Source of the DNA: Schmidtea polychroa
Taxonomy: Eukaryota
Reading direction: 5' to 3'
DNA: 64,000 nt
Assembly (NCBI GenBank): GCA_044892525.1
Contig: CM097888.1
Span: 32,302,001 to 32,366,000, forward strand
Shown here: positions 56,724 through 64,000 of the stretch, in pieces
Position numbering within the stretch: the stretch's first letter is position 1
How the letters are laid out: the number at the start of each line of letters is the position of its first letter
Notes under the pieces: generated by a model
What the model saw: the letters and a program-made list of their open reading frames with translations, nothing else
Databases searched by the model: none
What the model was told of the DNA's origin: nothing
Program-made: the position numbers and the translations under genes

Positions 56724-57294
56724 ATATAAATATGAAAACTAGAAAAAAATTAAGTACAATTTAAGATTTATGGTTAAAAATTATGGGGAAACTTAAAAGT
56801 GAATGACAATAATTTATTTGTTAACCTTTTGATCTATCAATATTGACATTCCATACATTAGTAACATCGAAAAAAATAATATAGGACATATAATAAAGAA
56901 AATTTTGATGATTAGACCATCAAGATTTGGTTGTTCTATTTTTAGATTAATTGGGAAGACTTCCTAAAGGTTTAAAAAGAAAAAACTGAACATATTTGAA
57001 GAATTTTTCTATCTTTCTAGGGGTATAAGCCACGATTAATAACATTATGGCATATAAAATGCTTCAAAAATTTTAAAATAAAATAATAATTATTTTTTTC
57101 ACATTGGATTCATATAAAAGTAAAGTAACCAGATATTTTTTATTGGAATGCGTGACATTTTCGAATCAAAACCGCATGATCCGGTACGCTTGATCACTTT
57201 ATATTAAACCTCTGTGCAAATACACTAATAACGTGTGCATTATGTAATACTATGAGAAGAATACTACTTTTATTTTTTCACTAGAAGTGTGTAA

Positions 57295-58710
57295 ATTGCA
57301 TATTTACATTTTGAAAAAGGCATTATACTAATTATTTAACCCAGCTGATCGTATTGTACACAACTTATAATGTACAATATTCTATTATATAACTATACAT
57401 TTTATGGAGAAAATACGAAAAAAGAAAAAAGAAGAAACCGAAAGAAGTATAAAAACACTTATTTTTTTCTAGGATCTCTTTATTGAAAATGTTAAAGTGT
57501 TACATGCCTAATGTGGGACACTTTCCGTTTCAATTTTCAGTGAGGGACAAACAACTCAAATCTGGCACTTTATATAAAAGAGAATATTCAAATACACTTT
57601 TTCTTAAAGTATATAAAACAATTTTATTAAAATTATTTTTTATAAATAAATACCTTTATCAAACGAAATATTTTAAATTATCGAAAATACAATTTAAATT
57701 GTTTATTTTGCATTCCAAAATTTTATTTAAACTTGGTATAACTGATTTTTATTTTTATAATTTTTTTTAATAAAATGCTTGCATTTCTAATTAATATTTC
57801 ATAATGAGTATCTATAAAAATACATCTTTAGACATTCATTTACCATACAGTGCACGAAGAATAGTCGAAACAATATCTATTTACTGTGTAATTTGGTAGA
57901 ATTGTTGATAGAGAAATTATAATCTGTGGTAGGACCCGCTTTTGACCAATTCCCGAATTCCATGAAAATAAAATTCTGCTGGTGATTTCCACAGTCCGAA
58001 AACATTATTGTCCCACCCTCAACGAGACAGTAATATTTATATGTGTTGGACTTTTTTATTCATAAAAATCGCATCCTTTTGAAAAAACGTGATTATTAAT
58101 TTTAGTTTTCGATAAATTTTTAAAAATTTTTCCATATATACCTAAATTTCTTCAAAAATAGCCTTATAAAGGGTCGATAAGTTTTGAATTTTTTAATTTT
58201 AATTTTAAAATCTTCGTCGCGATATTAACAACTTGAGAATTTTAAAATTGTAAATATTGTTTGTTCCTAAAATAAAGTAGATTTATATTAGGGTTTTAAC
58301 AATAAAATAATGATTATAAGCCCAAATTAGATCCCATATTACATTCTTATTGATTATATTACAATATTACCCTGTATCTTTTGAAGTGTTTGAAGAATTA
58401 TTCGAGTTAATTTTGTGACTTTTTCCGCAGAGTCGTATTAACACATGGTAGATCCCCTAACCGTTGAGCTTTTTTCAAGTCCTCAACATCCAACAACAAA
58501 TTTCGCGTTTTACTTATATTACATGCAATTTATGAATGTTTTTATACTTATTCCTTTGGTTTCTTCTTTTTTCGTATTTTTTTCATATAAAATATATATA
58601 TTATAAATTTGCATAATAGAATATTGTTCATATTAACTTGTGTACAATATGATCAGCTGGGTTAAATAATTAATATAATTGCTTTTTAAAAATGTAAATT
58701 TGCAATACAT
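57295..58710. mobile_element. Old non-autonomous element with about 180-bp diverged inverted arms
   Basis: 57295-57475 (...TTTAACCCAGCTGATCGTATTGTACACAA...) is the reverse complement of 58525-58710 (...TTGTGTACAATATGATCAGCTGGGTTAAA...). Confidence 0.7.
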
Positions 58711-58789
58711 ATTCAATTTTATGATATATTAAATGATAAGAACATGAATACTTATAAAAAGCTTTTTATATCGTAAAATTTGATTAGAT

Positions 58790-60841
58790 GATTATTGCCC
58801 ACACGATTAACGCCCACACAGAATAATGCCCACACAGAATAATGCCCACATAGACAAATGCCCACATAGAAAAATGCCCACACGAAAAATTATTTTAAAT
58901 ATAAAAATTAAATTAAAATTAAATTAAAATAAATAGAGAAAAAATCAAAAATTATATTCTATCTAGGAGATAATCTATTAGTGATTTAAAATAAAATATT
59001 AAAATGTATCAACAATAAATTTACAAATTTTACAATATATATTTACCTCTAATATGTAATATTTAAATTCTCTTTTGTTAATATAATACTTTTAATACCA
59101 TAATTTTCAAACGATATTTTTTAAAATATTTTTATAGGTCTGAAAATGGAATATTCTAGTACGCAGAGAGGCAATCGAGTTTTAATTTACTCTGGGTTTG
59201 AGTATATCTATTTCCGTACAACAAATGGAGTTTTGACTTGGAGATGCAGGCAACATCGCATTATAAACTGTCATTCCATCATAAAAACTAAAGATGGCAA
59301 TATTGTAAATCAACCAACGCAACATTGCCATGAATCATGCCCACAAAAAATAGAATGTAATTTAGCAAAGAAAAAAATGCAGGATGCGATGACATCAATT
59401 GGTGCTACTCCTAGAAATGTAATGGGGAGTATTTTATTAGAAGTGAGCAGTGAAGCACTAGCGTTTATGCCGAAAAAAACTTCAATATCACGAAATCTAC
59501 TGAATTTTAGAAGAGATGGACATTTACAAGTACCTAAAGATACAAATTTTTAAATTCCAGATAAATACACCGAGCTAGTACTTCATAATTCAGGTGCAAG
59601 TGATCCAGACAGAATTCTGGTTTTAGGAGATATTTATCTCTTAAAAGAATTAAATAAAGATACAATATTCGGAGATGGAACTTTTGATAAAGTTCCAAGC
59701 ATGTTTTATCAACTTTATACTTGGCATGCTCAGGTTGGTAATTCTTATCCACCTTGTATTTATTTTTTGTTAAAAAAAAACGGAGATACATACAAAAAAA
59801 TGTTTGAAATATTAAAGAACTTGCTACCAAATTTGGCACCTGAAAGAATATTACTAGATTTTGAGAAAGCAGCGATGAATGCAGCCAGAATTGCATTTCC
59901 ACAGACTGATATGAGAGGCTGTTATTTTCATTTGGCCCAAAGTATAACAAGAAAAATTAGTTCTGTTGGTCTAAAAACTACTTTTGAAAACAACCTGGAT
60001 ATGAAACTAAAGCTGAAATCATTAGCAGCATTGTCATTTGTGCCTCCATCTGATGTTAGATCAGTATTTACTAAGCTTGCAGCAACTTATCCGGAAGAAG
60101 AGAATTATAGTGAAATGCTGACATATTTTTTGGCACATATATTGAGGGTGCAGCTGGTAGAAATCCGCTGTTCTCTATTGAATTGTGGAATCATTATGAT
60201 TCAGCTTTGGAGAAATCACCGAAAACAACGAATTGCTGTGAGGGATTTCATAATGCATTGAATTCTTTATTCCACTGTAGTCATCCCAGCATTTGGTTTC
60301 TATTTGATGGATTGCAGCGAGATATAGCTTGCCATAGATTGACACTAGCTAACGCAGAAACGGGTCGTCCTGAAATTAAAAATAGGAAATACCAAAAATT
60401 AGCTGATTCGGTATTTACTATTGTGCAACAATATAGTACAACAGAAGATAAAATTGTATACTTAAGAAAGATGGCTAATTTACAATAAATTTAAAATGTA
60501 TATTTGTATTAAGTATTTGTATTTCTCTATTTATTTTTAATTTAATTTTTATATTTAAATTAATTTTTCGTGTGGGCATTTTTCTATGTTAATAAATGTA
60601 TATTTGTATTAAGTATTTGTATTTCTCTATTTATTTTTAATTTAATTTTTATATTTAAAATAATTTTTCGTGTGGGCATTTAATCTATGTGGGCATTTGT
60701 CTATGTGGGCATTTTTCCTTGTGGGCATTATTCTGTGTGGGCATTATTCTGTGTGGGCATTAATCGTGTGGGCAAAACTATCTGTGGGCAATTTTCTGTG
60801 GGCAATTTTCGTGTGGGCATTTTTCGTGTGGGCAATAATCC
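58790..60841 (+). mobile_element. Mutator-like (MULE) DNA transposon with repeat-array arms
   Basis: Left arm with 6 GCCCACA units, right arm with about 11-12 TGTGGGC units; internal FLYWCH-MULE transposase. Confidence 0.92.
59146..60488 (+). pseudogene. FLYWCH-MULE transposase with one in-frame stop (59551) and one frameshift (about 60135)
   Basis: FLYWCH (RVLIYSGFEY...WRC...C...HCH); IFGDGTFDKVPSMFYQLYTWH; LLDFEKAA; GCYFHLAQ; TTNCCEGFH. Confidence 0.9.
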
Positions 60842-61824
60842 GATCACGGTAAAATTTACACACTATTCTAGTGAAGAAATAAAAATAGTGTTCTTGTCAT
60901 AGTATTTCATAATGCATACATACTTTTAGTGTATTCATGCAGAGGTCTAGTAGCAACAAATGTTTGACGTTTGACCAATAATTGTTAATTTGTATATTCG
61001 AATATTTTAAAGGTCTAAATTTTTTGTGTGGTTGTGCACCAAAAAGTATGTATTTTTTAATATTAATTATGTTATTATAAATTCTAAATAAATAAAATTT
61101 AATTTAAAATAGCCAAAGAAAGGACTGCAAATTTAGAGACGAGATAAAAAAACGAATTAAAAAAAATTATTTTTATTTGAACATGTCACACATTCCAATA
61201 AAAAAATATCTGGTACTTTATATTATACTCAACACAAATTTTAGTCTTGTGTCTTCACATAAGTATATTAAAGTCCGACCCGTGAATGTATCCGTTGCAC
61301 TTTAAAAAATATATTATATGACACTTGAAAATCTGTCTGTCCGCACTGACCTTATCCCATATTATGACTTTAAATTTCTACTAATTTTCCTTTTGGTATA
61401 TCGTTTACTAGAAATATTTTCAATAACAGAAATTATCAAAGTGGGAGTTCGTTTTTTTTCTTTTTAGTCAAGTTTACAAAAAATTTGGGTTCCAAAGAAA
61501 ATTTTATTTTATTTTTTTCAAATAAAAGCGTGTTTTTTAGATGGTTTTAAAATTTAATTTTTTAGTGTTTCTTGAATTCACTTTAATAAAATAGATATTT
61601 TATAACTTTTAAATATTTAAATTAATCTTTATTTAAATTAATAATCTTTCGGTTGCAATATTTAAATGAGCTAATAATTGTTTAAATAACTGAGCTCGCA
61701 ATACATTTTAATGGTATTATTAAATTACTGTTAGTATTACCTGTTTAATTTGCACTTTACGTGAAATTGTTAGTTTTTCATTAATTTTAATTATAAATAA
61801 AATAATATATAATATATTTTTAGT

Positions 61825-62433
61825 ATGACTACTTCAATTCAAATTGAATATAAACAATGGTTGTTTATCTCCCAAGAGCTTTACTCATATTTTCATAATC
61901 TTTGTTTACTGGAAATTTCCAAAGAAAAGCAAGAGGGTATAAATGTAATCCAGCATTGGCTGTTAGTAATAAATGAGGATAAAACACTCCCAAAGTATTT
62001 CACTTTCCCTCTGCTTCCGAAAATCAAAAGTGAACATGAAATAGCCAATAAATTAGTTGATGCAATATTTGAAAAGAAATTCTTTTGGAAATATGAAACT
62101 TCTAGAAACGCCGTAAAAAATTTATTAGATTTCATAGATCAATCTCATGAAAGATACAGTGCATTAGAAACGGATATAGAGCTAGAAGTTATAAATGGTA
62201 TTATCCATTATGGAAATTTTGCATCTCTGGAATTTGACAACCTCTCATATTTGCTAAATAATTATCCGTTGGATGATGTAACTAGAATGTTGTTACGTTA
62301 TGAATCTCTTGGAAATGGGAGTTATCAATGGGGGGATCCGATGGAGTTACATTTAGCATATTATAGGCATTACAACGTTCGATACGAAGGATTTGCTTCA
62401 CCGATAAATTCTCGATTTCTAAGTAAGTATTAA
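61825..62433 (+). CDS. Hypothetical protein, 202 aa (possible donor GTAAGT at the 3' end)
   Basis: Long ORF in very AT-rich surroundings, normal amino-acid complexity, preceded by tttttag; no recognisable domain. Confidence 0.55.
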   Translation: MTTSIQIEYKQWLFISQELYSYFHNLCLLEISKEKQEGINVIQHWLLVINEDKTLPKYFTFPLLPKIKSEHEIANKLVDAIFEKKFFWKYETSRNAVKNLLDFIDQSHERYSALETDIELEVINGIIHYGNFASLEFDNLSYLLNNYPLDDVTRMLLRYESLGNGSYQWGDPMELHLAYYRHYNVRYEGFASPINSRFLSKY

Positions 62434-64000
62434 TTATTTTAATTTTCAAATATAATGAAATTTAATTTATTTACTAACTTATATAATATTTCTTTTTCTT
62501 GGATTTAAATTTAAATATTCTATTATAAATTTATAATAAATATCTATTGATCTTACAAATAACAATAATTGGTACACATCCTACTACTGTGTATGTTGAG
62601 TTTATTCTCATCCAAGGTTAATTAGCCTATCACTTCACAAATTACAATTACTGCTTACATGAATTGAATCTATCGGAGGGAGAAAAAAGCATGTATTTAT
62701 GACACCGAAACGAATAATTATTTTGATAGAGTTTTTTATTATTATAAAATAAAATAGACAATGTAAATTATTCAATTCACAAGTTCTCTTTAAGCCCTTT
62801 CATTGTCATCATGTTTTGTAATTTCTCAAGAATCTGATGTAAAATTTATAATCATCAGTTGCATCTAGATTTTATAAATTATGTGGTGCGAATGATTGAA
62901 TGAGCAAGTGTTGATTCACAATGCTAGCATGGGCGTCCGCAAAGGAGGGCAAGTGGGGGCACTTGCCCCCCCCCCTGAATTTCCAAAAAACAATTCTATT
63001 TTTCGATTAAGAACATCCGACTAATTTTCATTGAAAAGAAGTATCTTCGCATTTCCTAAATAAATTCCTCGATTATAGCGGTCCTTATGTTTTCCAATCT
63101 GATAACGAGAGTGAATTTTACGCTTGTCACGAAGTGTACAAGCGCGTTACACAATTCTTGAAATTAGCAAAAATTTGCGCATTTCATGAATTATGTTAAT
63201 TTATAATCTGGATATACAACATTAACACAGCATCAATACTAGAATATTTATCACAAGTAGAAGGGTAATTGCTATTAATTTCAATGGATTTTTGACAAAT
63301 AAATATAAGAAATGTACTTTAACATAATTCTCATTGAAAATGCACGTGTTTATCCATTTTTAACAGAGAAAGTCCTAAAAGAAACCTTTTATTTCCCAAA
63401 TTAATTACTCTGTAATTGCGTTTCGGCACTTTTGAATATAAAATTAAAATTAACACCAATATCAGTAAAAAATCAGCAAATTTCATAACATATAATTATA
63501 AATTGCCGTTTCAACATAAACAATACTCTTTATTAACTAATGATTAATAACATTTATTATATATTGTTATTTATTATTTATATGATAATTTAATTATACT
63601 TGTTATGAAAACATTAAAATATATGCACCAAAATTTTAAATAAAAAATTTTAAAACGGACATACTTGAATCGAAACTTTGGAAAACACTGATTCAATTTA
63701 GAAAATTATTTTAATTTTTTACATTTTTTATTGGAAAGAAATGTAATATGGAAACTTGGAAATATATTCGAGTTTGCTATGACGTATATTTGGAGTCCAA
63801 TGCCCTTACCATTCAACAGTCGTACTAAATGAATAAAAAACAGATTTTAACCTGTTGGGCATCACAGGTTTCATATGAGGTTTCCCATAAATGCTGCGCC
63901 AAACGTCGTTTGAGGTCCGTGACAGATTAAATAATAACTTATGCTAAATTATCGCTTACTTAAAATAATAAATTAAATCTGATTCTTTTATAACTATAAA

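Noticed and set aside
58790-60841. CRISPR-like repeat arrays (also 29.7-30.7 kb and 56.2 kb)
   Set aside because: No unique spacers and no cas genes, in a eukaryotic context; explained as TIR subrepeats or a coding VNTR.
62928-62980. GC-rich DNA-transposon-like end (CATGGGCGTCCGCA...GGGGGCACTTGCCCCCC); similar lone ends at about 16820 and 39810
   Set aside because: No partner TIR or TSD identified, so too fragmentary to classify.

Overview
AT-rich eukaryotic scaffold with four N-gaps. It is metazoan by gene content (TANGO1/MIA3, TRAF), and its 44-45-nt introns and (ATT)n tracts fit a planarian-like invertebrate; the organism is an inference. Host genes: an intron-containing HSF (about 19.6-20.2 kb, minus), single-ORF TANGO1/MIA3 with an 8x132-bp repeat, TFIIF-alpha/RAP74, a protein with four TTF-type zinc fingers, and a 202-aa orphan. 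Much of the rest is transposon material: an intact compact Ty3/gypsy element with identical 97-bp LTRs, a 1060-bp solo LTR inside a Buster-type hAT, a MULE, hAT/Tc1/piggyBac relics and MITEs. Two observations stand out. (1) Bases 1-7.6 kb hold a co-oriented, intronless, A-rich six-gene cassette (ankyrin-membrane protein, full-length TRAF, three coiled-coil proteins, a receptor-like membrane protein) followed by an LTR-like promoter region. This looks like signalling-mimic cargo of a giant retroelement or endogenous virus whose core genes lie outside the window. (2) Four dispersed, highly diverged 210-270-nt islands (11.6, 34.8, 43.6, 52.5 kb) share one covarying RNA fold: a stem with an 8-nt NNUACCAA bulge and apical hairpin, plus a GGGUUAC/GUAACCC-type closing stem. 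Two copies sit near an end reading CCAACA, which suggests an unrecognised cis-acting RNA of a mobile-element family.
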